A stretch of DNA of 64,000 bases, taken from assembly GCF_037042905.1 (NCBI RefSeq), contig NC_087245.1, forward strand, positions 20,400,001 through 20,464,000. Reading direction: 5' to 3'. The position numbers and the translations under genes were made by a program. Positions 1 through 27,947 of the stretch are shown here, one piece after another. The notes beneath the pieces are model-generated. The model was not told the DNA's origin, did not search any database, and saw only the letters and a list, made by a program, of their open reading frames with translations. The DNA is from Lytechinus pictus. Its lineage: Eukaryota. Within the stretch, counting starts at the first letter, position 1; every line of letters begins with the position of its first letter.

Positions 1-1004
1 GAGGATTATTCCTTGTTTTCTTATCATTTGCTGTATCAGACATCTGAGCAGGTCATTTACAAAACAGTATTGCCCTAGATTTCATGAATATAGGGAAGGG
101 ATGGGTACATTATTTGTATTTTGCTCGGTCTCTCTATGCAGAGTATGTGCATTTGGATGCAGGGAAGATGCAAAATAGTATACCTTTGTATTTTCCACGG
201 TCTCACATCCGGGCATCTGAGGACGCATGGAAGGAGATGCGTGCCATATTCATCCCTGCAACAACAATATACTTCATAAAACATCGCTGAACATGCGTCC
301 CCAGGGATGCGACCTTATAATTACATCACACATTTGGTAAAGCTAGGAGCCCCTGATATATTAACATGTCACAATAACAGCATATTCTTAAAAGCTATTT
401 TCATGATTTTGCTCTAGATGTCTGATTTGGATCATCATAAAAATATTGACTGGCTCATTTTTGGGGGAACATCAAATATATTGCCCTTAAAAGAACCATA
501 TTGCCATTGTTTACAGAGAGTAATATTGATTTAGATACAGGTAGTTTCTTGTTTCACAAAAATAATGTTTCTGGATATATTCACTATGATAGTTTTTTGT
601 GACAGTTGGTCCCCTCTGTTCCTTTTTTTCTAACAACTTTGAGCCTGAGGCAAACTGCATGTTATACAGCAATGTAAAAGTTTTCATCCATTAGTTTTAA
701 TAACGCCATATCTGACGCATGAAATCTGATATCTTAGCCAAAAGGAAGGAGCTTTTGAGGCTCTGTAGATGATGTTAAGCATACATTTTGAAAGGTTGTT
801 TGTCAAATGGAAGACAGCTAAAATATCTCCCCCTCTTTTGAGGCCTGACAGTTGATTAATATTCCTGGGAGGAAATGTGGTGTAAAGATGAAAAAAATAT
901 TACTTGTAGCAGACAGAGATGGTATTGTACCAAGACTGAATAGGGAGTACAGATGCAGCTATATTCCATATTGAACTGTCCAATTTCATCTTCAAAATTG
1001 ATGA

Positions 1005-1245
1005 ACATGATGAAAGGAGGAGGATGACGATGATGATTGATGTTGGTGGTGATGGTAATGATGACGATGATGATTATGGTGATGAAAATAATGATAATAA
1101 TAATTAATTCTTATAAAGCGCTTTTGCAAAAGTTACGAAGTGCTAATGATGATGATGTCGATGATGATGACACTGATTATGATGATGATTATAATGGTGA
1201 TGATGATGATGATGATGAAAATGATAATGATGATAATAATATTAA
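1005..1245. repeat. (GAT/AAT)n low-complexity microsatellite
   Basis: Long imperfect gatgat/aataat runs; explains ORF 1037-1249. Confidence 0.85.
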
Positions 1246-1454
1246 TTGATTGAGGGTTATTATAGTAATAGTGATAGTGATGTTGATTAACCATCCCGAA
1301 TGGTTACAAGTGTGGTAATAGAGAGGTTGATGGGCAATAATTATCAATATAAGTTTTACATGAATGCACAGTGAAAACCAATTTGTATCCTGTCAAGTCA
1401 GTATATGTAAATGTTCAATAAGATTCTTTTGTTTTTCAACTTTCTTATCTTCAG

Positions 1455-16953
<15,499 letters not shown>

Positions 16954-17756
16954 AGATTATTTCCTGTAGATACATCATTCATGCCATCATTTGTGGTCAA
17001 GAAAGAGAGATAAGAAGAATTTCACCCAGAGGAGGAACAGAGACGGAACTAGCAGAAAATGTGGCACTGTGGGTAATCAAAGGAGACCATAATGAACAGC
17101 CTGGACCCTGCCAAGGTGTAGAATAGTGCTGAGTAGGACCGTTAGATTGATGCTGCTTGTATACTTAAAAAAGAAATGTTCATTCCAGATTGTCAACCAC
17201 TTTGAAGTTATAAGAAAATATGAAATACATCTATTTATAGAAGTGTAATGTGCATGAGTTTGTCAATAATGTGAGAAAGATTAAAAGCTGTCTTCTTATC
17301 ACTCTTTGCAAGAACTTGCAAGTATATTTATGTACTTGGAACATTTCATCATGCAATTAGTATTGTAAAACAATTTCTTTCTGTTTTGAAAGTATGGGTT
17401 TGAAAAAATGTACAGAATTAGTCAAAGGAATTCACAGAAGAGCCATTACAGTCTTTCCTTTATCTATTCAGTCTTCTTTTGTCAGATATTTCATTACTGG
17501 AGAGTCAAAGTTATGTGCAAGGGTATAGGAAAGGATCTGCGTGTGCGAAAATGATCTCTTGCAAAAAAAAAATCTTGCCTGATATGTATTATCATCAAAT
17601 GTTTTAGAAATAAAGTTGGAAACAAATGAATTACGAATGTGATTGGTTCCCTTGCATAATGAACATCGCTCTAATTTCATTCTTGTGGTAAGTTAGGATG
17701 ATGCATTGGTATTGTGTGGGAATAGATATTTTGTGTTCCATTTTGAAGCCAGATAA

Positions 17757-17866
17757 ATAAATAATAAATAATATAAGATTTGTATAGCGCACGTATCCAC
17801 CTTGCTAGGTGCTCAGGGCGCTCCTTTATTACCCTGGCTAAGCTAGTCTACTGATTCTGGTGTGCA
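17757..17866 (-). mobile_element. SINE/L2-type 3' tail fragment in the NSF 3' region
   Basis: Reverse complement reads gagcgccctgagcacctagcaaggtggatacgtgcgctatacaaat followed by (att)n. Confidence 0.6.
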
Positions 17867-20268
17867 CAGCAGACACGCATCCAACAAAAAAGTTGTAATT
17901 TACACAATAGTTTTGATATTCAGAATTCATGTGTCCAGCATTGAAATCTTCTACTAATGAATGTCAGTCCCACTTGAATGTTTATTGCAAGTTTTGCACA
18001 TGAAAGCCAAACCAAAATTTATAATGGAATGGTAGTATGCAGAAATATTTTGTAAATGTCATCAACGTTCTGTAGCTCTTTAAATATCCCAATATTGCAT
18101 CCATCAACAGAAGTACAGATTTTGCATATTGTTTCTTAAATGATTATTGCTATGTGGATTTTAAAAACTAATCCCACAGTGTGTGCTTGTGCATCATTAA
18201 AACAATCCACACCATATCCAATCCAATTCAAAGGTTGTTTGATATAGCGCCTTTTCCTTTCGGTTATCCTAGGCTGCATCTACAGCTAAGAAAAACAAAA
18301 GAGGCGAGAGATGTATGAAATTAATCTAATGAAATTAGATAAAATGTTCAGTGTTTCCAAGAAATGTATGTCTATGTTGTTCATAGAATGGAAAGATAGA
18401 TTTTCAGATATTTATAACTTCATATTCATAATCTTATTGACTTGTGCTATTTGGTACAAAGTATATTCAAGCAATTATAAATTTATCAACAGGATTAGAT
18501 GTTTACACAGATGTCTATGCTATCTATTTATACTTGCATTTACACAGCAATAGAAATGATATATCATACTACTAATGTAACAACGTAATATTCCCAGTAT
18601 CAACTATTTTCTCAGCTTGTTGTTGATAGCATTTCACCTCATTTATTACTTTTTGTGACATATTTTTAATTATCATTTTGTTACTGTATTGCATTATATC
18701 AGTTAATTTTCATCCCAGATATTTGTTATCGCTCATAATACATGTACATGAGCAGTTAATGAAAATGCATTATATATCTTTTTTTAATTTCCAATGAAAT
18801 ACAAGACAAGAACAATAAAATCAAGATTGGCTGAAACAATAAATTGTTTTTCTTTTTACGAAAGGGAGTCAAGAAGAAATTCCACTATCCTACAACATAA
18901 TGAAGATGTGTAGAATGTGATATCCAACTAGATTATTTTGCCAATTGACTATTGAAGTTTTGCATAGATGATGTGTTGTTTGGTCATGTATAATGTGGTA
19001 TCTCATTTTTTAATCATTTCTACAGGACTTTGAATTATACCTCAATTATCTTTCTGATAATTTCCCGCCTTCAGTGGTTTGCTAAATATGCTAAACATAC
19101 TGTATACATCCCTCATTGTATTGCTACAACAATAATCCCTTGTAGAGATTCATTTATATGGGAAGATTTTTTTTTTTTTTTGCTGAAAAAGTGTTAGAAT
19201 ATGCTATTCAATATGTATTTGCCATTAGGCATAGTTAAATATAATTATTAATTATTTCTACAGGATTGAAAATGAATATATCTTCATACTATTACTCAGC
19301 TTTTCACATTCTTTTTTTCATCTTCATATAATGGGTCATGTTGATGTACTCAGTATGTTTGTTGAATCATATTCCAGCTGTTATGCACTCTAATGCAGAA
19401 AGCTTAATGTTTAATATGATTTCATTCTAGAACAGTCTTGGAGTTTTTAAGAAAAGAAAATCATTATCTTATGCTAAAAATATTCATTTTGATTTGATAA
19501 ATTGTGTGTAAATTATTTGTGCATGATTACTATTTATGAACAAAAAGATATAGACTGTCATGCATGTATGTGTATATGCTATCTTTATATTGTAAAGAAA
19601 AGCATGTTTGCTATGAAAGAATTGTGCTTATAACAGGGAGTGTAACATTCCAAAGTACATGTATGTATGATATTATAATTAGAATTTACTATGAAATGGT
19701 AGTTTTCTATGTTTTCCCTTCCTAATAATCTTGAATATTTAGTCTTTTTACCACTGAAAGTTTTCTTCAGATTGTGTGTATAGTATGTCCAGTATTTGCA
19801 AACTTTGTAATATCAGTTTCTATTTAGTGCTCTTTGTAACTTGTTTTCTTTCTCTTATCATTTACCGTGCATTTTATGGATTTAAATTATCAGCAGCAAG
19901 ATCTGGTGTTCTAAAAGGAACACCGAAACAAGTTGCTTACAATTCTTTTTGTTGTTTCATGTATTCATTTCTATTTACATGAGCATAGAAGTATTATAAT
20001 TTATCAATGATAATTACCTGGAAGAATTTACCTATGCATTCATGTTGTGATTTATCCTTTACATGCATTTTTTGATATAGTATTTAAAAAATAGTTAAAT
20101 ATGTAGGCTATACTATGTGAGAGTGTGACTCTGATCATTACTAAATGATTAATCTCTGGTCAATTTTACTTACTGATATAACCCATTTATAGGGTTATAC
20201 ATTTACCTTCCCATCCCTGGAGGCCAGAATTCTATTTAGCACTGAAAATATATTTCCTTACTGTTTAA

Positions 20269-20866
20269 AGGACATGTCCACCCCAACAAAAAGATGATTT
20301 GAATAAAAAGATAAAAATTCAATAAGCATAACACTGAAAATTTCATCAAAATCGGATGTAAAATAAGAAAGTTATGACATTTTAAAGTTTCGCTTAATTT
20401 CACAAAACAGTTATATGTACATTCTGGTCGGTATGCAAATGAGGAAACTGATGACGTCATCCACTTACTATATCTTTTGTATTTTATTATATGAAATATG
20501 AAAAATTCTAATTTTTTCTTGTCAAGTGAAAAAACAATTAATTTCTCCCTGAACATGTGGAATTAGCATTGTTTAATACTATATGGTTCAGTCAAGTTGG
20601 TCCTTATTGTCAAATCTGTAAAAAATGAAATATTGTATAATTCAAACAATAAAAAACAAAAGAAATAGTGAGTGAGGGACATCATCGAGTGTCTCATTTG
20701 CACGTCACTCAGTTGTGCATATCACTGTTTTGTGAAAAATAAGCAAAGCTTTAAAATGTCATAACTTTCTTATTTTACATCCAATTTTGATGAAATTTTC
20801 AGCATTATGCTAGTTTGATTTTCTCTATTTATTTAAATCAACATTTTTCTGGGGTGGACTTGTCCT
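20269..20866. mobile_element. Kolobok-like MITE with long (~170 bp) imperfect inverted arms
   Basis: ttaa|aggacatgtccacccc ... ggggtggacttgtcct|ttag; internal arms are reverse complements (aaaatttcatcaaaatcggatgtaaaataagaaagttatgacattttaaag). Confidence 0.85.
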
Positions 20867-21099
20867 TTAGTGATTTTCCAAAGGATGGTTTTCGCAAGCT
20901 ATGCAGCACCTCAAGTTTGCTATCACTTTTTCCCTCATGATTTCCACTGTTTTTCTTTTTCAATATGTTTGGCTTCCATTCTTTGATGGCACAATCCCTC
21001 TGGGGAACTGACTCCAGATTGATCAAAGCTGTTACGTTGTTACCAATGACCAATCATTGGTCGGTTTGGAGTTGGTGTCGTTGGTATGACTGTAGCATA

Positions 21100-21273
21100 A
21101 GCGTAATTTTGAAACCGAGTGCCCGGGAATCACAATTTTGGTCTCAAAAGTTGCACGAGACTTGAATGTAAAAATCAGTGAGCAACGCGGTAAAAAAATT
21201 TGTGCGGCGGATTTATCACGAAAATGTCGAGGGGGGGCTGAATCAGCCCCCCTCCCAGTCTTCTTAGGGTTAA
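21100..21273 (-). mobile_element. piggyBac-like terminal fragment
   Basis: Ends in cttagggttaa (TTAA-CCCT terminus) with a gggggctgaatcagccccc hairpin; similar start at ~57388. Confidence 0.45.
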
Positions 21274-21650
21274 TGTACATTCTTAAAACACTGGGATAGA
21301 ACAACCAAATTAAAGAACAGCCATATATGGCTACATGTGTAATGTTCACAAAGTTGACTACCTATTTTTGTTTAAAAAATAACATGGATGTCAGATCGGA
21401 TCAGACCTTCATTAAAAATAGAAGAATTATAGAACTCAGTAGCAAGCATATTAATTCACAAATATAGGATACTATGGTATTTGATTTTTGTACATTTTTG
21501 CCCTGTTCCAACCTTTGTTTTATAAAAGCAAGTCATTAGATATTTGCTTAATGGAGTAGCTTCTTTGTGCAGATTTCAATTGGATCAGATCAGTGCTGTG
21601 GTGCTAGAGTTACAATCATTTACTCAAGTCACTGATACATTACAACCCTG

Positions 21651-22000
21651 GTAGGTGTTTCATAAAACTGTAAGTTATGGTTGACTCTAGGAACAACTGG
21701 TGACCCTTTCTTGTGATAAATGATACACCAGATATTTTATTGATGTTGTTAGTTTGTAAAGGAGACGTGATGGCTCAGTTGGTAGAGCGGTGGCTTCGGA
21801 TTCCGGTGACCCGGGTTCGATTCCCACTTGATGCGTTAGTGCCCTTTGGTAAGGCTTTAATCCTCATGAGGACATTAAGCCGTCAGTCCTCTGGTTGCTT
21901 GCTACCAAGCTTTCATACCTTAGCAATCAGGTACAAAATCACCACCATTTACCATTTAAAGTCGCTCATAACTTACAAACAGCTTTTTAGAAACACCCAC
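21651..22000. mobile_element. PIF/Harbinger-like MITE family A interrupted by a SINE
   Basis: ctg|gtaggtgtttcataaa ... gaaacacccac|ctg. Confidence 0.75.
21761..21940 (+). mobile_element. tRNA-derived SINE (truncated)
   Basis: A box tggctcagttgg and B box ggttcgattccc, no intact cloverleaf, followed by a gtgccctttggtaaggc body. Confidence 0.75.
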
Positions 22001-22670
22001 CTGGCTGAAGATCCAATCAGTAATTAAAATTGTTTCATGATATCTTTTTGTTGAAGTGATATCACAGCATTATTCCTTTCCACGGAAATTGAAAGCGGTG
22101 CAACATGATAAGACATGCAGACAAGGATAGACATGCAAGATGCAGAGAAATTATAGTACCTTGTGTCAGTTTCATAGATTTATTTACTGAATGTTAAATA
22201 CCAGCTGATGAAATAGCAGGGGATGGGGAGTTCCATTACATAAATTTCTATACATCCTTAGTCATTCTAGAAATATACTTTTTCATACTAAGATGAAAGG
22301 AAAAATAAAAGGAAAAATTGCCAATTCATGAATTCTGTATATGTAGTCAAATCAGATTTGATTCTTAGATTTGATTCTTACCATTCATTGTTAATATGTC
22401 ATTTATACTCAGTCTGTAGTATTGTTACTGAACTAACCGCATTAAATATTCCTTTTCTACCAAGTGCAATATTGCTCAATATGTCCATGTAGAGAGGAGA
22501 TTAAAATGTGTGTCCTTGGAAAACCTTTACTTGCTGAGTCTCAAATTTGCTTTATTTCACTTCTTCGGCTTCGATTTACATACAGTAGAGATGCCATACA
22601 ATTATAAGACGAGATTCCTGGAACAATAAAAAAATACCTAAACTCGTTATAACAGGATATGTAAAATCTG

Positions 22671-22821
22671 AGACCCATTCCCTAAAAATGTTGTATATTG
22701 TGGTAACTTTGCCATAATGTCAACTAGCATGGAAACCTTGATTTTGATTAAGGCGAATTACCATGTTGTGTACAAACAATAGTGGCAAAGTAACTAGTCA
22801 TATTACTGCATGAAATGGGCC
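22671..22821. mobile_element. Degenerate Harbinger-like MITE, family C
   Basis: tggtaactttgcca / tggcaaagtaacta inverted motifs, as in 27794-27947. Confidence 0.5.
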
Positions 22822-24099
22822 CAGGTTCAAAGCACATGTACACTTCAATTTAATTTAATTTTATTTTATTAGTCTATGATATATAATAGAAAAAAATGCT
22901 CCACTGGCTTTTACTAAAAAAAATCACATGTGGACCTGACTATAAGAAAATTAAATTAATAATCAAAGAAAATTTCAGATTACTATTTAGTACTTCAGAT
23001 TTTGGAATTCACTTTGATGCATTAGTAATACTGTGATCAGATTTTTCTATACTATACAGATTTCCACTGTTTATCGATAAAGGTTAATTGTAAAAGCACA
23101 TCAATACCCATACTTAACATAATTCATCATGTTCATTTAAGAAACATTCATATTTCTTTGATTGTAGATTGTAGTCATCCATTTATGTTATATTCTAAAA
23201 AAAATGAACTGGCATGATCAAGAAGAATTGTGATGTTCATACTATATGCCTACTATGAACTTCTCAAGCATATTAAAAAAATGTTGGAAATTAGCCAACA
23301 ACAAATAGAAAATAAGCTCTGATCTTAAACATCATGACGTGACATCCTTTATTAAAAACCATTTCATTCAAATGAAATATTACTGTTTATTATTATGCAA
23401 CCATATGAATGAAGTAAGATTTATGTAAAATTGTATATGACTTGATATGATTACTAATGACTGAAATCTTACATCCTACAGAGACCAATAATAATTGACA
23501 GCATTATAGTCTTGAATGACATTTTAAAGAATATCAGCCCTAGGCGATTTCACTCGCTTCAATACATTTTTATTGATAAAATGACATGATGGTGACTGGA
23601 ACCGGGGGCGTACTGGATTTTCATTAATTTAGACAGTCTTTGATCAAGTTTGATGCGATATTTTGAAGAAAAGGTCTTTCCCTTCAGGCTGATTAGCTCA
23701 TGGTCGTAAAATGACAAACTGGTAATATATTTCGCCATTCAGTCAGGTGCCAGAATGGGAAATACTAAAGTAGTCATATGGGGGGGGGGGACAGACAAGA
23801 GTATAGGGAGAATAAGAATGAGAAGTGCTGTTAAAACTAAACACCAAGGAAGAGGATCAAGAAGAACTTGAGAATGAGCAAAAAAAAAAGATGAATGGAA
23901 CAGTGAAAGAAGAAAAAGAAGGGAGGGAGAAGCGGAAGAGGAAATAATAGGTAAAATAGACAACAAAGAAGAAACAGAAGATACCAACACAATTAGAAGA
24001 AGAGATTAATTACCACATGTACAGCCTATCAGGAATTATTTGGAATCTCTGTAATTCAGGTTGTTAATGAAAATGACTATATAAAAACTAGGGGTCGTA

Positions 24100-24860
24100 C
24101 ATATGATTGGCCAACTAAACTAGGTTTTTTCTTTTTCATGTACATTTTATAGAAGTCATACTTTGTTATCTAAATCACAAAACGTAACCCGAGAGCTTGA
24201 CAGCTTTTTACTTTTCAATTGAAAACTAACAAAAAACACAAACCACCCTTCTCCCACATTTACCACAATGGTGGCGCCACGAGAATAAGGTGAGGCGCCA
24301 ATTCCACTGACGGTAGTTATGTACATGACTTTGTACGTACGGTACCAGTACGCACGGCTGAAGCATGAAAAAAAAAAATCAACAGGTGCACACCACACTG
24401 GTCCTCATACACACATGTAGGAATCATCATCTGCCACTGCACGGTGCACGGCCGGTTACCGTGGGTTAAAAGACCAGCGCGTTTTTCGAAAGAACATTCG
24501 AGATATCGATCGCCAGAAGTTAATTTTTGGTCATATTACAGATTTTAACATTTTATCATCCACACCCGCGGTCAGTCTGATTGGTAAGTTACTTCTCTCT
24601 CTGTTTTGGGTGATCTTGTGTTTTACGAGACAATAAACTGCGAGGTTCATTTGATTAGTGTTTTTAAAAAAATATCGTCGAGTTGCTTGTTTTGCGAGGA
24701 GGGTGTTGCAACCAATAAGCAGTACCAAGATGCGATCATGGCCGTGTTCGTTGCGTGGATCTGTGTTGCCAAGTACTCCGTCAAATTCATGTCAGTGGGT
24801 GTTTTCTATATCCATTATCGTCCGGCAGCGGCGTAACAGGGATCGGTGGCCAGGGGGGTG
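24100..24860 (+). promoter_or_regulatory. Probable CpG-rich promoter and non-coding first exon of the LRR gene (donor GTAAGT at 24584)
   Basis: Local CpG enrichment in an AT-rich background, a CCAAT box (gattgg, ~24105), a strong 5' splice site ttg|gtaagt, and a downstream acceptor at 33432 preceding the ATG. Confidence 0.55.
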
Positions 24861-26201
24861 GTAAGAGCCAAAAATTTCCCGGTCATATCATGGAATGAAA
24901 AGGCGTAATGGTGTAATGAGGCGACAATTTTGAGAGGGCCAGACATTGCATTATCAGGCAGAATTTATCTTTAAAAAAAAAGTTTCGAGCGAGCAAAAAT
25001 CTTGACATTTTTAATACAAAAATCAAATTTTGTGTTAGATTTTGACATGATATCCAGAGAATAATATATTTCACTTTCCTCTCTTTCCATTCCTTTTTTG
25101 TGGTCTGTATGCCACTGTGAACATGATTCTTTGTGGCAGTAGTGTGAAGAGTGAAAAAAACAAGAGGAGCGCAGTATGGTGCATGTGCCAAAAAGCTGCT
25201 TAATAAAGTCCCGAGCGAAGCGAGCGAGAATAAATATCATTTTTTCATGAGAATTTAACTTTGAGATATTTTTTGACATTTTTAATCAAATCGCGGGTAT
25301 ATACAGAATAAAGCTTTTACACAACACATTTATTCAACCCAATTGAACCAAATATTTTGAGGGGGCAAAACATAGCAATGTGGGAAAATTTGTAAAAAGT
25401 CGCCAGCGAGCAAAGCGAGCTGGAAAAAAATGCCTATTGAAATTAAATTTTAATTATGTGATAGATATCCAATATATTCAGCAAATTCAGCAACACATTT
25501 CATTGTTTCCATTCATTTCATTATACGTTGCTCCTATAATTTCTTTTATTTCCTCTTGGGTGTGGAACCAAGACCCCCCCCCCCGCCTGTATGCCAGTGA
25601 TTGAACGTAAAGCTTAATGTAGGAAGGGTCCCGAAAGGGGGCGTTATCGAGCCATTTGAAGGTTATAGATGAAGAGCCCCTACTGTGAAAGCCCCGGTAG
25701 CTTATTTGCGTAAAATTTAGCAAGCGTATACAGCACAATGTTGTATGCAGTCCATCTTTCTTCCCGCTCTTTATTTTCTATCCTCGGCAGCCCGGTCATG
25801 TTATTAAGTTTTTTTTTTCTTGACCCTTTCTTTGTTTTCCAATTTAGCTTTTGACTTATTCCATTCTACCTTCATTTCCCGCTATTGTTTGCCATTTTGT
25901 CATCTTTTAATTTATTTCCCATCATGCTATTGCATTACAATTTACATAGGCCTATTTCGAATTATTTGTTCTTTCTCAAATGTTCTTTCGTTCCTTTTCC
26001 GCTTTCCTTCCTTTTCCTCCTTTCCTTCCTTTTCCTCCTTTCCTTTTCCCCTTTCCTTTCCCCCTTTCCTTCCCCTTTCCCTTTCTTTCTTTCTCCCTCC
26101 CTTTTCTTTTTTTCCTATTTTTTTTTATTTTCCCATTTTTTTTATTTTCCCGGTAAAATCCGCCAGGGAGGAGGCAGCTTGCCCCGCCTGTTACGCCACT
26201 G
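24826..26201. mobile_element. hAT-like non-autonomous/composite element (CAGTGGCGTA termini)
   Basis: cagcggcgtaacagg ... cctgttacgccactg; flanks tcgtccgg / tcacccgg (6/8); an additional internal terminus ends at 25599. Confidence 0.65.
25985..26150. repeat. Polypyrimidine (TTTCC)n low-complexity tract
   Basis: Almost purely T/C on +; explains the Phe/Pro- and Lys/Gly-rich ORFs. Confidence 0.85.
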
Positions 26202-27291
26202 TCACCCGGAAAAAAAAACGTGGGAAGACTTTCTTGTTTGCGACAGCCACCCAAATTAAAAAAAATTAGGTCAAAGTGTAGCAGGATGGTTTGTGTGTAC
26301 TTGGTCATTGGTGGGGGGGGGGGGGCTGCATGTACATGTAGCCTTGAGGACTTTGTGATGATATCTTTTAATATTTTGACATATATACTACTTCATCATG
26401 AAGCCTTGAACCCCCTCCCATATACATATAAGAGACACATGTATGTAAACAAAGATGGATTTCCCTACGAAATCCATCTTTGACTATAGAAATCACGTAA
26501 ATTTCTATCATTTTATTTATCTATATACGCCTAATGCACATTAAGGTGCAAAAAATATCTTAACAAAAAGGTAAAAATGAGAGGTTTCTTACCAGACCGA
26601 TCTCGTGTAGATCCCTCAATCCATTGGTACATGTATACACCGCACATACAATAGGCTTGACCCTTGAACTGCTTTGTTATGACGTACATGTACGTAGCTT
26701 CGAAAAGCTGTTACAAAATGCTGATTTTTTTTAAAGAACAATTTATCAATAAAAATTATGTAACAGATAATAAAATTTAAAATTGTTTATAAATAATCAT
26801 TATTGTAATAATAATTATTCATAATATTTATAATCAAGTTTTGATTGGTGAGTGTTTAGATCTGTTAAGTTCTTAAAAAGACGTCTTGTCGATTGCCCAG
26901 GTTTGTTGATTGATCCCATGCACTTTGAATAGCCATAATCCCCCTGGTCCTTACCCGGTGCTCGGATGTCCATACCAGGCTAGCAGCGCCTCAGTTTTGC
27001 CTTCCCACGATGTCCTCCCCGCAAAGAAAAGTTAGCCTAAATGTCATAAAAGCTCACTGCTGAATTACGCTGCTATATAGAGCTAGAATTATGATCAGAA
27101 AATACAATTTCCTTGCTGAAATGTTAATCAAAACCATTCACAGATGGGGAAGTTCGTGAGTTTGTGATTATGAAGTGTGCAGCTTGAATTCAAGAACTCG
27201 CGAATATGTTTTGAAGCCGCCAAGCGCGAAAACTTAATCCCACGAAAATAATAGCGTTTACAGTACATTGTAATTGTGTGCCACAACTTCA

Positions 27292-27704
27292 GGTTTATTT
27301 CCAATTAAATGCCAATTTGTCTAATTACCAACTCTGCTAGCATTTGGTCTATCACCAATTAGTCCACTATCCACATGGTCTAATTGCCATATTGTCCACT
27401 CACCATTTCGTTTAATAAGCAGTTGGTCCAATAACCATTTAGTACATAAACCATTTGGTCTAATTGAATATGTGTTAATTGGGCAAAATGAATGAAAAAT
27501 AAAAACGGGTATTAAACCAACTGATTATTAGACGAAATGGTCATAGACGAACTGGTGATTAGACAAAGTGATTATTGGACCAAATGGTTATTGGACCAAA
27601 TGGTTGTTAGAAGAAATGTTGATGGACGGAATGGCATTAGACTAAATGAAGGTAGACCATGTGATGAGTGGATGAGTTGGCAATAGACGAATTAGCAGTT
27701 TACC
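27292..27704. mobile_element. Foldback-type MITE with 8-bp TSD (Merlin-like GG...CC termini)
   Basis: Perfect caacttca on both flanks; left half carries ~20-bp ggtctaat/ggtccaat subrepeats and right half the inverse attagac/attggac. Confidence 0.75.
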
Positions 27705-27793
27705 CAACTTCATACCCTACTCACAGCCACGGAAGTGACGGTACGGTTTTGAAATTTTTTGGGGGGGCTCACCCTGCTCCAAAACACAATCAG

Positions 27794-27947
27794 GGCCCCG
27801 TTGCATTAAAGTTACTATTATGGTAACTTTGCTCTCCAATGGTAACTACCATGGTAGTAATGCTCATCAGCCAATCAAAATCAAGAATTCCATGATAGAT
27901 ACCATTGGATAGCAAAGTTACTATAATGGTTAACGTTTAACGGGGCC
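27794..27947. mobile_element. Harbinger-like MITE, family C
   Basis: cag|ggccccgtt ... aacggggcc|cag; internal inverted ggtaactttgc / gcaaagttac. Confidence 0.75.

Noticed and set aside
1..1454. Upstream NSF exon encoding the RKWA motif
   Set aside because: Could not find a matching reading frame with splice sites; it presumably lies before the window.
21761..21832. tRNA gene
   Set aside because: A/B boxes are present, but the acceptor and anticodon stems do not pair and the sequence runs into a SINE body.
25820..26308. Three overlapping 110-149 aa ORFs
   Set aside because: By-product of a stop-free polypyrimidine tract in a transposon relic.
27292..27704. CRISPR-like spaced repeats
   Set aside because: Eukaryotic context, degenerate mirrored subrepeats without unique spacers, bounded by a TSD, and no cas genes.
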